Positions 47,835 to 58,952 are shown, counted from the first letter of the stretch. The stretch is 64,000 bases of DNA from an uncultured Candidatus Saccharibacteria bacterium (GCA_964407105.1 CAYOUG010000001.1:96227-160226); one strand, 5' to 3'. Program-made: numbers and translations. The notes: a model not told the origin generated them from the letters alone.

Positions 47835-49577
47835 TTAAACAATAATATCAACAATTCTTAATCGTAATTCTGGATAATTTTTAAACATAGATTTTTCAAG
47901 TGTCGCTACAAGATTAATGCTCATACCCGATTTAAGCTGTTCACGAGTGTGAGCTGAAGCAAAAAAAGCTATTGCTGAAACCGGTTTGCTTTCGCTTGTG
48001 ATAAAACGTAATTCTAAATGATTTTTTTCCTTACCAAATAATTTACATTCTTTAATCACAATCCGTTCAAACATAAAAAGAGGTTTCGGATTGCCCACGC
48101 CAAACGGCGCAAGTTGTTCAATAATTTTGTATGTATTCCAATTTACATCATCAAGACTAAGTTTTTTGTCTATCATCACTGGTTCTATGCCTATCCCCAG
48201 CCCCTTCTCCGCAAGAATAGAATGTGCAGACACAAGCACGTCTTCAAGTGTGTGAATTTTTTCGTGAGACACAGAAAAACCGCCGGACATTTTGTGACCA
48301 CCGTATGCAATAAAAGAATCTTTTGCGCCGTGCATAATATCTACCACACTCAGAGTTCCGTCGGAACGACACGAACCTTTTATCACCGAACCATCTTCTC
48401 TTCCCCAAAGAAACACACTGCAACCATAATCATCTTTTAATGTATTTGCTACAAGTCCCAAAAGAGATGGTTTCCAATCTGGATTGCCGAGCACAATAAC
48501 TTTTTTCATCGTTCCTCCACTAATGCGATGCTCTATCGTTTTTTTTATTTCTTTTACCATTGACGCCACAATTCCCTTTCGTTCGTCGTTTATAGCGTGC
48601 AAATGTTCACTGAGCATTCCAGCTTCTACCTCATCTTTTGTTGAAAGTAATTTAAAAGCATCAAGTGGTACACCCATTCTAGAAGCGGCGTTGATGCGCG
48701 GAGAAATCATAAAACCAATATCATCTTCGGTAATATATCGCTGATTAGTTTTTACTTTTTTTAAAAGCTTCATAAGTCCAACGCGTGGAGAAATACGAAG
48801 CACTTTCAAACCATAATACGCAAAAACTCTGTTTTCACCCACAAGTGGCACCATGTCTGAAAGAGTTGCAAGGCCCACCATATCCAAAAGCCATTTTTCC
48901 CAACCATAAGTAATATCTTTCACAATCTCTCTTTGACGCGCCGTGTGCACAAGCGCCTGCACAAATTTAAAAATAACCCCCGAACCACAAAGAATTTTTT
49001 CTGGATACTGACAATCTGCTTGTTTTGGATTGAGAATCGCATAAGCCGGTGGAATTTCAAGACCGGTTTCGTGATGGTCTGTAATAATCACATCGATACC
49101 AAGATCATTTGCACGACGCACAGGCAAAACATCAGCAATTCCACAGTCAATCGTGATAATAAGTTTAGCTCCATCACGCGCAAATTCTTCCACGGCTTCA
49201 ATATTTAAACCAAAACCCTCTTCGGTACGATGTGGAATATAATTTTCAAAATTTTCAAAAGCGATTTTTTTAAAAAAATCATGAAGCACCACCGCTCCCG
49301 GAATACCATCTGCGTCATAATCGCTATAAATGATTATTTTTTCGTTGTTTTTTATTGCTTTCAATGCTCGCTCTACCGCACGCTCCATGTCTTTCATACG
49401 ATACGGATGATGATTGTCGCGGTCATAATCTGGATTTAAAAATTGTTCCGCCGTTTCTTTTGTTGTAAAACCACGCGATTTAAGAAGAGACTGCATGAGT
49501 TCCGGATACACCGCAAGATCGTCTTGTGTTGGTAATGCTGTGTGTTCTCGAACCACATAACTATTCATGCGATACAT
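47835..49577 (-). CDS. recJ: single-stranded-DNA-specific exonuclease RecJ
   Basis: It has DHH motifs 'IITDHH' and DHHA1 'GGHKMSGGF'. The start is uncertain, between 49568 and 49622. Confidence 0.85.
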   Translation of the reverse strand: MYRMNSYVVREHTALPTQDDLAVYPELMQSLLKSRGFTTKETAEQFLNPDYDRDNHHPYRMKDMERAVERALKAIKNNEKIIIYSDYDADGIPGAVVLHDFFKKIAFENFENYIPHRTEEGFGLNIEAVEEFARDGAKLIITIDCGIADVLPVRRANDLGIDVIITDHHETGLEIPPAYAILNPKQADCQYPEKILCGSGVIFKFVQALVHTARQREIVKDITYGWEKWLLDMVGLATLSDMVPLVGENRVFAYYGLKVLRISPRVGLMKLLKKVKTNQRYITEDDIGFMISPRINAASRMGVPLDAFKLLSTKDEVEAGMLSEHLHAINDERKGIVASMVKEIKKTIEHRISGGTMKKVIVLGNPDWKPSLLGLVANTLKDDYGCSVFLWGREDGSVIKGSCRSDGTLSVVDIMHGAKDSFIAYGGHKMSGGFSVSHEKIHTLEDVLVSAHSILAEKGLGIGIEPVMIDKKLSLDDVNWNTYKIIEQLAPFGVGNPKPLFMFERIVIKECKLFGKEKNHLELRFITSESKPVSAIAFFASAHTREQLKSGMSINLVATLEKSMFKNYPELRLRIVDIIV

Positions 49578-49636
49578 TTTATCACGAAAGATTTTTTTGT
49601 AAGGAAAAATTCGCACGAACACACAAGAATGTTACA

Positions 49637-50008
49637 ATGTCACTTATGGAAAACTGTATTTTTTGCAAAATAATAAGTGGTGATGTGCCATCACACAAAA
49701 TATACGAAGATAATGATTTTTTAGCGTTTTTAGATATCAATCCCCGCTCACCCGGACACACTCTTGTAATCCCAAAAAAACATTATCGTTGGGTGTGGGA
49801 CGTACCGAACGTTGGAAAATATTTTGAAATAACAAAAAAAATCGCTCTCGCGCAACAAAAATCATTTGGAACAGAAATGATCCTTTCAAAAATAGTTGGA
49901 GAAGAAGTGTCTCACGCACACATTTGGGTGTTTCCTCAACCAGAAACCGCTCAGGGTGACAAAAAAGCATTTGAAGAAAATGCTAAGAAAATAAAAGCCT
50001 GTATGTAG
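49637..50008 (+). CDS. HIT-family (histidine triad) protein
   Basis: It has 'CIFCKI', 'RSPGHTLVIPKKH' and the triad 'HAHIWV'. Confidence 0.8.
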   Translation: MSLMENCIFCKIISGDVPSHKIYEDNDFLAFLDINPRSPGHTLVIPKKHYRWVWDVPNVGKYFEITKKIALAQQKSFGTEMILSKIVGEEVSHAHIWVFPQPETAQGDKKAFEENAKKIKACM

Positions 50009-50057
50009 CGACGCACAGCTTTCCTTCTGCGCCAAGTACTCTATCCACACCAACATT

Positions 50058-51182
50058 CTACTTTTTCAACACTTCAATCCCTGGCAACGTACCGTTTGCG
50101 AGAAAATCCAACATTGCCCCTCCTCCAGAAGACACGAAACTAAATTTATCTTCAATATGAAGCTCGGCAATAGCAGAGAGTGTGTCGGCGCCGCCGATCA
50201 CCGACTCGGCGGTGCTTTCTGCAATTTTTTTTGCAAGCTCAAGTGTTCCACCCTTAAAACCAATTTCAAAGTTTCCCAGCGGACCATTCCATAAAACATA
50301 TTTAGAAGAATCCACAATTTCACCAAGCGCCCCAAGAGCACTAGGGCCAGCATCTAAAATCATATCGTCGTCTGTTACGTTTGTCGGCAACTTTACTTCT
50401 ATTGTCTCTCCCCTTTTTACCACCACATCAATTGGTAATATAATTTTTTTATTTTCCAAAAGTTTTTTTAGTTCAAAATTTCCATCTGAAACAACAGATG
50501 CGCCTACGTTATATCCCATTTCCTTAAAAAAATTGTTAGCAAGTGCACCACCCACAAAAACAGTGTCTGCAATTTCTAAAAATTTTGTTATGAGAGGAAT
50601 TTTTGTATCAAACTTTGCACCGCCAAGAATAAACAAGAAAGGATGTGGTGGATTAAAGGTTTTTGATAAATTTTCTACTTCATTTTCAAAAAGTAAGCCG
50701 GCGTAAGAAGGAATAATTGATGGAATACCCACAACAGAAGCATGTTTTCTATGAGAAACAGAAAAAGCTTCATTCACATAAATATCCGCAAGAGAAGCAA
50801 GCAATCGAGCAAACTCAGGGTCATTTTCTTTTTCTCCTGGATACTGGCGAAGATTTTCGAGAAGTAACATTTCTCCTTCAGCAAGGGCACTCACAGCAGA
50901 AACGGTTGCATCATCTACATATTTTTCAACAAAAGAAATTGGCAACGTGCGTTTTAAATATTCAAATGGAATTTTCAAAGACGTAAGCTCTTTTCCTTCA
51001 CAATGACTGATAATAATAATTTTTGCTCCTGCATTACGTAACCATTCTATGGTTGGCATCGACTTTCTAATACGAAAATCATCAGTAATAACTCCGTCTT
51101 GCACGGGCACATTTAAATCAAGTCGAAGTAAGATTTTTTTACCGCGAATATCCCCCGCGTCTTTTATTGATCGTAATTTCAT
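50058..51182 (-). CDS. pgk: phosphoglycerate kinase
   Basis: It has 'KKILLRLDLNVP' and 'GGGA' motifs, and is 374 aa. Confidence 0.93.
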   Translation of the reverse strand: MKLRSIKDAGDIRGKKILLRLDLNVPVQDGVITDDFRIRKSMPTIEWLRNAGAKIIIISHCEGKELTSLKIPFEYLKRTLPISFVEKYVDDATVSAVSALAEGEMLLLENLRQYPGEKENDPEFARLLASLADIYVNEAFSVSHRKHASVVGIPSIIPSYAGLLFENEVENLSKTFNPPHPFLFILGGAKFDTKIPLITKFLEIADTVFVGGALANNFFKEMGYNVGASVVSDGNFELKKLLENKKIILPIDVVVKRGETIEVKLPTNVTDDDMILDAGPSALGALGEIVDSSKYVLWNGPLGNFEIGFKGGTLELAKKIAESTAESVIGGADTLSAIAELHIEDKFSFVSSGGGAMLDFLANGTLPGIEVLKK

Positions 51183-51193
51183 AAATATTTTCT

Positions 51194-51967
51194 CTATGCC
51201 TTTGCTACAATACTGATAATTTCTCCGAAATTTACCGCTTCCAAGCTTTGTCGCCCCACAAGAAATCCATCTATTTGTCCTTGTTCAGCAATGTCTCTTG
51301 CGTTTATCGGTGCCACAGATCCACCGTATAAAATTAGTGTTTGTGCAGATTCATCTTTACCATAAGAATCAGCAAGGATTTTTTTAATGAAAATAGAGAT
51401 CTCCTGCACATCTTTTCCTGCCATTGCATTATTATAATTTTTACCCACCGCCCACACCGGCTCATAAGCAACCACGATTTGTTTAATTGTTTTTTTATTC
51501 ACTTTCGCAAGTGATTCGGTTATCTGATTTTTTAAAAAGGTTAAATATTCTCCGTTTTGATCGCGTTCTTTTTCACCAACACACACGATAACTTTTAGTC
51601 CTTCTTTTAAGGACGACTCAATTTTTCTTGCTACCACCTCATTTGTTTCTCCCATCGCTCGCTTTTCCGAATGACCAATAATGACATACTCACAACCTAC
51701 AGCACGAAGCATTTTTGCACTAACTTGACCAGTAAAAGAGCCGGATTCTTCTTCAAACACATCTTGCGCACCCATATGCACAGGCTCAACAGACCTTGAA
51801 AGTGTTTGTATAAACGGATACGGCGGACACACCGCCACTTCTACCCCACTATTTTTTACAGAAACTCTTTTAATACCTCTAAAAATTTTCTTCGCCTCCT
51901 CTAACGTTGACGGATTCATTTTCCAATTTCCCACCACCAATCTCTTTCGTTTTGCTCCATTTTTCAT
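51194..51967 (-). CDS. tpiA: triosephosphate isomerase
   Basis: It has 'VVGNWKMN', 'AYEPVWAVG' and 'YGGSV'. Confidence 0.93.
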   Translation of the reverse strand: MKNGAKRKRLVVGNWKMNPSTLEEAKKIFRGIKRVSVKNSGVEVAVCPPYPFIQTLSRSVEPVHMGAQDVFEEESGSFTGQVSAKMLRAVGCEYVIIGHSEKRAMGETNEVVARKIESSLKEGLKVIVCVGEKERDQNGEYLTFLKNQITESLAKVNKKTIKQIVVAYEPVWAVGKNYNNAMAGKDVQEISIFIKKILADSYGKDESAQTLILYGGSVAPINARDIAEQGQIDGFLVGRQSLEAVNFGEIISIVAKA

Positions 51968-52002
51968 AGGTTTATTTTACCACAACAAAAAACTAAAGAT
52001 TT

Positions 52003-53511
52003 TTATGATTCAACCTCTTCCCAAGACAAAATCTCATATTGATCGGACGTCAAAGGAAAACTTGGTGGTGGACCATAAAGCAAATTGGCATCATAACTAA
52101 TATTTCGAGTACAATATCCACTTCCAATCTGACCGATAGAACCACCGCAATTAAAACTGCTTCCGGTGTAAGTAAATCCATAACGTCCATAAGTACCAAT
52201 CATTCCATAAAGATTGATCGAATTTCGATGCCACCACGAAGTACCACTATTTGTACAACTTGTATTGTAATAATATCTTCCCACGCGACCGTTTTGTGCC
52301 ATAAGTGCGGCGTCTATATCAAGATTATCGTCACTAAATAATCCAATATTAATATTGTTCTGGGCAATTAATGCAATAACATCAGTTCCGTCGGTATTTG
52401 TGTAATTTAAATCATTGTTTACCGTTATACTTGTTCTGGTAGAAGGATTGTCAGGAAACTTTCCTGAAGCTACAGTCACACGAGTATTACTAATAGTGCC
52501 TTCCACCCACACATGGTCTTCCACAAAAATAAGACCGTTTGCGGGAACGTTGTATGTACCAACAAGAGTTTGTGATCCACCAGTTGTACCAATACTCCAC
52601 GTGCCCCACCCTGTCTGATTTTGACTATTTGTACAACCGCTCGGCGCTGAACGAAGTGTGTTTACTTTATACACCGACACAGTATCAGTACCGTTTATTG
52701 GATTAAATAAAAGACGATAACCAAGAGCTCCTGACGGTGCTAGATATTTACCGTTTGCCTGTGCGTCTGTTTTAATTTCTGCTAAATCAGAAGCAATACC
52801 CACAAAATCTACTGCTGGTACTGGAAACTGTCTTCCAGCTTCAAATACATCAAAATGACTTGGTACCGCAGCTGGTGGCAGTGGATCTGTGGGGCTAACG
52901 TGCGTATGGACAGCAAATTCTAATGGGTCTGTGCCTGATTCATCATGATCAGGATCATCATAGCTTGTAAGGGCACTTGAGACTATGTTGTGAGCTAAGC
53001 CATCAAAACGAATTCCACCGTTTGAATGAATCGGACCGAAAACTTCAGTACCTGCACCAAAACGCATATCGCTACTTGAAACAAAAGCAAATTTTGCAAA
53101 AGACGCAATAGCAAGACGAGATTCTACTTTGCGTGAGATTGACGGATCAGCAAGCACGGTACCTTTAGATGAAATTTTTACGATTGTTGATCCAATCGGC
53201 GGTGGTGTAATGGTAAGAACAAAACTTCCAATATCAACACCGTCTTTGTCTGCAAAATTATGTGTATATGGCCCAGGTTGTCCCGTACCATCTTGAAAAT
53301 CTTGTGGTGAATGCGCTAAGTGCCATCGATAATAATCTATCCCCGCCTCAGCAATCTGTATTGCCTGTTCTCTGTACGCCGCCCGCCTCGATAATTTTAT
53401 ATTTGTACTACCCCACATTATTAAGCCACCCATAATAACAACAGCGATAGACGCAAAAACAAGCGCTTGGATAACAATAAAACCTTTTGTCTTGTTTTGG
53501 TGCGTGATCAT
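52003..53511 (-). CDS. PilX-like large minor pilin
   Basis: The N-terminus is prepilin-like, 'KGFIVIQALVFASIAVVI'. 'LSRRAAYREQAIQIAEAGIDYY' resembles the PilX N-terminal domain. It overlaps the upstream gene by 4 nt. Confidence 0.6.
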   Translation of the reverse strand: MITHQNKTKGFIVIQALVFASIAVVIMGGLIMWGSTNIKLSRRAAYREQAIQIAEAGIDYYRWHLAHSPQDFQDGTGQPGPYTHNFADKDGVDIGSFVLTITPPPIGSTIVKISSKGTVLADPSISRKVESRLAIASFAKFAFVSSSDMRFGAGTEVFGPIHSNGGIRFDGLAHNIVSSALTSYDDPDHDESGTDPLEFAVHTHVSPTDPLPPAAVPSHFDVFEAGRQFPVPAVDFVGIASDLAEIKTDAQANGKYLAPSGALGYRLLFNPINGTDTVSVYKVNTLRSAPSGCTNSQNQTGWGTWSIGTTGGSQTLVGTYNVPANGLIFVEDHVWVEGTISNTRVTVASGKFPDNPSTRTSITVNNDLNYTNTDGTDVIALIAQNNINIGLFSDDNLDIDAALMAQNGRVGRYYYNTSCTNSGTSWWHRNSINLYGMIGTYGRYGFTYTGSSFNCGGSIGQIGSGYCTRNISYDANLLYGPPPSFPLTSDQYEILSWEEVES

Positions 53512-54125
53512 AAATTATCTTTAAGATTTCGAAGTGATACTTGAGATGTAGATGTAATAGCTCCTGGCGGACGATTTGTATCTGTGTCTATTATAACCGT
53601 AACTTTTACAAGACGCACAGAAAGAGTATTGATGGGTAAAGAAAGTGGAGATGTTGTACCACTATATGATGAATTGTAATAATCAAAAACAGGAGTGGTG
53701 GTTCCATTTCGCACATATTGAATGAGTGATTTTATTTGCTCGGTGCCAGTGTATACCACAGGACTCCCTGTAGGCTCAATAACACCCCTCTTCAAGGTTT
53801 GATTATCCAAATAATATCTCACTTTTTCTTTTTGTCCGTCGTTATCAATATCTCCATAAAAAGTAATCGTACTTGTCGCGGCTTGAGCAATAGGATATGC
53901 ACCAGCCCCAGATGGTGACATTGAACGCATTTCACTTATCATGGTTTTAAGTACACGACCCGCCTGAAATTGCGCATTAAGACTTCCCTGCAAAGAAGTA
54001 TTGAGTGAAAATATATCTTTTTGAAATGTGGTAAGTGCGATAGCAATTGTAGAAAAAATGGTTATTGTAACCAGCACTTCTACAAGTGTTAATCCTCCTC
54101 TTTTTTTGTAAAAAAGATTTTGCAT
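53508..54125 (-). CDS. type IV pilin / pseudopilin
   Basis: It has the class III signal 'KKRGG|LTLVEVLVTITIF'. Confidence 0.75.
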   Translation of the reverse strand: MQNLFYKKRGGLTLVEVLVTITIFSTIAIALTTFQKDIFSLNTSLQGSLNAQFQAGRVLKTMISEMRSMSPSGAGAYPIAQAATSTITFYGDIDNDGQKEKVRYYLDNQTLKRGVIEPTGSPVVYTGTEQIKSLIQYVRNGTTTPVFDYYNSSYSGTTSPLSLPINTLSVRLVKVTVIIDTDTNRPPGAITSTSQVSLRNLKDNL

Positions 54126-54126
54126 T

Positions 54127-55917
54127 TTATTCTGGTAGCAAAGTTATTTCATAACTTTGCCAATCAAGTAATACCGGCGCTATTACCTCAACCGTTTCAT
54201 AACCCTCTTTAGATATTGTGAGTGTGTATGGGCCGGTACTTAAACCAGAAAAAAGAGCTTGCCCTGGAGGAATACATTCAGAGGTATATGTAAAAGAAAT
54301 TTGTGCAAGATTTGGTGTTAAGGTTGTGCTTGCGGTATTAAAAAGTAATTTATATCTTAAATATCTATCACCGTTATGTACCGAACTTATATTTGCATTA
54401 GAGGTTGTATAATATGACCCTGCTGTACCGTCTGGTCCCAAAAATGTCCAAGGGCTGGATGTGCTGTTGTTTGTGGCAACCTGAAAACGAACGTTGTCTG
54501 ACCCCGTTTCTGGTTGTTGACTTACTGGTTCCCACACAAGATTATTGAAATTACTTGTAGTGCCTGTATCAAAAGTAGAGCTTGTAAGAATTCCATCTGT
54601 TACATATTCACCAAACACATTACGTAAACGAAGTTCTCCGGCGGGGTTGTTGGTATCAATATTTCCATCAGAAGAGAAAAATTTAGTTTCATCGTCTGCA
54701 AATTCAACCTGTCCACTTCCACCCGACCAATCACTTTGCGTATAAAAACCTTGTCCAGTAATACGTTCTTCTGTAGAGCCAGCGGAATATTCAAGTTTGG
54801 CTTTAGCGCCAGACAATGGCAATTGAGTACTTGCATCTTTTACTGATACAAGTGCACTCTTAGGATTTTTTGGTGCAACAATTAAATCAACATCCTGCGT
54901 ACTGTTTGCAACTATATTAAATGGGTTTTGTGGATTCATACCCACAAATTCGTATGCACTATCGGTAAGTTCTAGAGAATATGAATCCCACTCAATATCT
55001 GAAATTGTTTTTTTACCACTACCATTCGTTACGTGATTGGCAACATATTTTTTTACATCTGGATTAATCCCAATAAGTTTTGAGCCTTCTAGAGAAAAAT
55101 CTACCGAACCCACTGGTCCACAAGAAGGCGTAATACTAGAAACCTTAATCGTACTTACTTTGTCTATCACAAAAGTAATTTGTGTTACCTGTTGAATTGC
55201 CACTGTGGCGTCAGGCTTTAATGGATTTGGATTGGCTGGATCACCCGGAGTATAAGTTTTATCTGTTGTGTATCCATCTTTTGTCACTACAATTTCATAT
55301 GCATTTACACCTGGTGGCACATCTACAATCTGAAGCATTCCCAATGTGTTTGAAACATCATCTATTACAAGCGCTGGATTTGGTTGATTATTCTCAATAT
55401 GTACATCAGCGTCTTCCACGGGTTCTCCATTAGCATCAAGAACTTGAACAAAAAGTGCTCCATTAGTAGAAGCTGTTTCAAGATTTTTTGGTGCAACACG
55501 AGAAGTTACTTTCATTGCAGAAAAATTTTTACAAGTATCACAGGTTACCTCTACTTCAGCAAGTTTGTAATCTGCTGGAGACAAATCGTTTGGAGATCCA
55601 CCGATGGTACCGTCAAAAGGATCATCAACGTTTCGAACGGTTGTGATCACATTAAAAGAAATTCCATCTCTTATAAGTGTTTGCTCATGATCAAGTAATC
55701 CAGATGGAATAGAGTTTAAAATACCCACATCTGCGTACTCAAGATTACGTATTATTTCAAATTGTTCGTTGATAAGATTTGCTGCGGTAATTTTTACACG
55801 CGCGACACTCACAACACCATAAATGGAAGAGTAACCACCATAAACACTTATAGCAATAAGTAAAAAGAGTGCGACACCGACTACAACTTCGACCAATGTA
55901 AGACCTTTTTTATTCAT
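54127..55917 (-). CDS. large prepilin-type protein with CarboxypepD_reg-like/Ig-like domains (putative tip adhesin)
   Basis: The N-terminus is 'MNKKG|LTLVEVVVGVALF'. It has 'VTKDGYTTD' and 'ISKEGYETVEV' beta-sandwich motifs. Confidence 0.65.
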   Translation of the reverse strand: MNKKGLTLVEVVVGVALFLLIAISVYGGYSSIYGVVSVARVKITAANLINEQFEIIRNLEYADVGILNSIPSGLLDHEQTLIRDGISFNVITTVRNVDDPFDGTIGGSPNDLSPADYKLAEVEVTCDTCKNFSAMKVTSRVAPKNLETASTNGALFVQVLDANGEPVEDADVHIENNQPNPALVIDDVSNTLGMLQIVDVPPGVNAYEIVVTKDGYTTDKTYTPGDPANPNPLKPDATVAIQQVTQITFVIDKVSTIKVSSITPSCGPVGSVDFSLEGSKLIGINPDVKKYVANHVTNGSGKKTISDIEWDSYSLELTDSAYEFVGMNPQNPFNIVANSTQDVDLIVAPKNPKSALVSVKDASTQLPLSGAKAKLEYSAGSTEERITGQGFYTQSDWSGGSGQVEFADDETKFFSSDGNIDTNNPAGELRLRNVFGEYVTDGILTSSTFDTGTTSNFNNLVWEPVSQQPETGSDNVRFQVATNNSTSSPWTFLGPDGTAGSYYTTSNANISSVHNGDRYLRYKLLFNTASTTLTPNLAQISFTYTSECIPPGQALFSGLSTGPYTLTISKEGYETVEVIAPVLLDWQSYEITLLPE

Positions 55918-55923
55918 GTGTAA

Positions 55924-57147
55924 TTAAATTGCGTCTGCAAGTGAATACATTGGGCCGAGCATAGAAATAGCAAAAAATCCAACAGCTATTCCGATAATCA
56001 CCATCAAAAACGGCTCAATAATAGTCGACATATCTTTTGTTTTTTGTTCAACCTCATCTTCATAAAATTCGGCGACATTTGAAAGCATTGCGGACAATTT
56101 GCCTGTTTCCTCACCAATATTTACCATTTCTCCCACAAAAACCGGATAAAGTTTTTCGTTTGTTAAAAAAATATTTGAAATCGGATCGCCTTTTTCAACA
56201 TTTTTTTCCGCCTGCTGAAGCACATTTTTATAATATGAATTTTGGATAACATCACGAGTAATACGCATAGCCACAAGCACATCAACACCAGAAGAGAGAA
56301 GTGAAGAAAGTGTGCGTGCGGTACGTGCTGAGTTTACATTTTTTACGATACCAGAAATAAGTGGAATATGTAAAATGATAGTGTCAAACGTTCTTTTACC
56401 ACGCGAGGTTTTTAAAAATATTTTAAGACCAATTCCCACCACAACAATAAAAATCAAACTCACTAAAATATTATTTTTCAAAAAATCAGAGAAAAAGATG
56501 ACAAGCTTTGTAGATACTGGCAAATTAACATTTAACTCACGAAATGTAGCAGTAAGTGTTGGTACAAGATAAATAAGCATGAGTACACCAATCACAACCA
56601 TAATAGAAATAATGATGATTGGATAAATAAGTGCTCCACGAATTTTCTTTGTAAGAGAGTGGGCTTTTTCGAGCTGTGAAGCAACTATTTTTAATGCTCC
56701 AGTAACACCACCACTTTCCTCGCCAGACTTAACCATTGAAACAAAAAGAGAAGAGAATACATCTGGATGTTTTGCCATAGCTTCACTAAGCGCACTTCCC
56801 TTTCCAATATCAGCGTTAATTGTAGACACGACCGATTTAAGTTTTTTACTTTTTGATTGTCGTTCAAGTACAGAAAGTGCTCGCGCCATAGGCAAACCAG
56901 CCTCTATCATGGTGCCAAGATTTTTGGCAAACATAATCTTGTCTACCATTTTTACTTTTCCAAATAAATTACGAAAACTAAAACCACTACCAAACCCAGT
57001 TTTTTTGTTTCCTTTTTCCTCCGCAAAAATAACCGTGTCACCCTCAAGCTTTATCTGCTGATAAAGCGCTGATTTACTTGCAGCTTCACGTGCACCCTCG
57101 TATGTTTCACCTGTTGATTTTGTGGCTTTGAAATTAAAAATTGGCAT
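55924..57147 (-). CDS. pilC: type IV pilus assembly platform protein PilC (GspF family)
   Basis: It has two T2SSF repeats and 3 TM helices, and is 407 aa. Confidence 0.85.
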   Translation of the reverse strand: MPIFNFKATKSTGETYEGAREAASKSALYQQIKLEGDTVIFAEEKGNKKTGFGSGFSFRNLFGKVKMVDKIMFAKNLGTMIEAGLPMARALSVLERQSKSKKLKSVVSTINADIGKGSALSEAMAKHPDVFSSLFVSMVKSGEESGGVTGALKIVASQLEKAHSLTKKIRGALIYPIIIISIMVVIGVLMLIYLVPTLTATFRELNVNLPVSTKLVIFFSDFLKNNILVSLIFIVVVGIGLKIFLKTSRGKRTFDTIILHIPLISGIVKNVNSARTARTLSSLLSSGVDVLVAMRITRDVIQNSYYKNVLQQAEKNVEKGDPISNIFLTNEKLYPVFVGEMVNIGEETGKLSAMLSNVAEFYEDEVEQKTKDMSTIIEPFLMVIIGIAVGFFAISMLGPMYSLADAI

Positions 57148-57161
57148 ATATTTTTTTCACA

Positions 57162-58916
57162 TTATTCTGATACCACACGCAAAATTTCTTCTATTGTTGT
57201 GTGACCTTGTACCGCTTTAAACATTCCGTCTTCAATCATAGTAAGCATACCTTCTTCTTTGGCGACCTTTTCTATTTCTTTGTCTGTTTTTCCTTGCATC
57301 ACAAGCTCTTTTATAGCGGGTGACATTTTAAATACTTCATAAATTCCTACACGACCAGAAAAAGCTTCATCTGTATCCATTCCAGCTTTTGGTCTATAAA
57401 GAGGAATTTTGTCCCACGTTACTTTGCCCTCAACGATTTTTTCATCTTTCAAAAACTTAAGCACACGATCAAGATCAATGGTTTTTTTGAGAGTTTCGAT
57501 TTCAGCTGAAGAAAGAAAATATTTTTCTTTCTTTTCGGTTAATTTTCGCACGAGACGTTGAGCGATAACGATACTGACTGTTGAAACAATCAAAAACGGT
57601 TCGACCTTCATATCCATAAGTCTAGGAATGGCACCTGCTGCACTATTTGTATGAAGAGTTGAGAGCACCAAATGTCCAGTAAGTGATGCATTCACCGCGA
57701 GAGACGCTGTTTCATTGTCACGAATTTCACCCACCATAATGATGTCTGGATCTTGACGCACGAGTGTTCGCAAACCGTTGCTAAAAGTGAGACCTATTTC
57801 AGATTTTACTTGTGTTTGATTTACACGTTCCATCTGATACTCCACAGGATCTTCAATAGTAGAAATATTTACGTCTGGTGTATTTAAAATATCCAAAAGA
57901 GTATAAAGTGTGGTGGTTTTTCCAGAACCAGTAGGACCGGTGGTAAGAATCATACCGGTTGTAAGACTTGATGCTTTATGAATTTGTTCTAAAGCTTCTC
58001 CATGAAAACCAAGAACTTCCAAAGTAAAACCGGAAGCAGATTCTCGAAGTAAACGCATCACTATTTTTTCACCATAATAAATTGGAAGTGTTGAAACACG
58101 AAACGACACTTTTTCACTATTCATATCAGTTTTAAAACGTCCGTCTTGTGGTAAACGCTTTTCATCAAGTTTAAGATTTGAAAGAACCTTAATACGCGCG
58201 CTAATACTTGGACCAATATTTTTAGGCAGTGTCATGGCATCATGAAGCATACCGTCTATTCGATAGCGTACCACCACCTGATTTTCAAGTGGCTCGATAT
58301 GGATATCAGATGCATTTTGAATAATGGCGTGCTTTAAAAGAGTGTCCACAATACGCACCACCGGCATATCTTCTGCAAGTTTTTTTAGATCGCCCTCAGA
58401 AATATCTTCGCCCAAATCTCCTTCAGCAACAGTTTTAAGTGATGTCGCCTCTTTTTGAATAATGTCTCCAAATTCCGCTTTAAGACTTTTTTGATACTGC
58501 AAAAGTGCACTTTTCATTGACTCGCTGTCGGTCAAACGTGGCAAAATTTTTAACCCAACTTTCTTTTTAACAAAATCAATAGTGGTGAGATTGGCGATAT
58601 CGAGCATGGCTACCTCGAGGCCTGCAGAAGTTTTTTTGAAACTCACAACATTGTGATTGCGAGCAATCGGCTCAGGAATAAGAGCAAGTACATCAAAGTC
58701 AAGTTTTTGTCCTTTGAGATCAACAAAAGGAATACCTAAAATGTGTGCGTGAATACGACGTAAATCATCTTCACTTATTTTTCCATTACTTACTAGAATT
58801 TCACCAATACTTTGTTCATTTTTTTCAGATTCTTTTTCTGCTTCAGCTAAATCAGCTTTGGATACAAGTCCGGCGTCGATTATAAAATCTTTAAATTGTT
58901 TTTCTTCAATGTGCAT
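57162..58916 (-). CDS. pilB: type IV pilus assembly ATPase PilB (GspE family)
   Basis: It has a GSPII_E N-domain, Walker A 'TGPTGSGKTTTLY' and Asp/His boxes. Confidence 0.9.
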   Translation of the reverse strand: MHIEEKQFKDFIIDAGLVSKADLAEAEKESEKNEQSIGEILVSNGKISEDDLRRIHAHILGIPFVDLKGQKLDFDVLALIPEPIARNHNVVSFKKTSAGLEVAMLDIANLTTIDFVKKKVGLKILPRLTDSESMKSALLQYQKSLKAEFGDIIQKEATSLKTVAEGDLGEDISEGDLKKLAEDMPVVRIVDTLLKHAIIQNASDIHIEPLENQVVVRYRIDGMLHDAMTLPKNIGPSISARIKVLSNLKLDEKRLPQDGRFKTDMNSEKVSFRVSTLPIYYGEKIVMRLLRESASGFTLEVLGFHGEALEQIHKASSLTTGMILTTGPTGSGKTTTLYTLLDILNTPDVNISTIEDPVEYQMERVNQTQVKSEIGLTFSNGLRTLVRQDPDIIMVGEIRDNETASLAVNASLTGHLVLSTLHTNSAAGAIPRLMDMKVEPFLIVSTVSIVIAQRLVRKLTEKKEKYFLSSAEIETLKKTIDLDRVLKFLKDEKIVEGKVTWDKIPLYRPKAGMDTDEAFSGRVGIYEVFKMSPAIKELVMQGKTDKEIEKVAKEEGMLTMIEDGMFKAVQGHTTIEEILRVVSE

Positions 58917-58952
58917 AAAATAAATTTAGAATGTACGTACATTTAGTATAGC

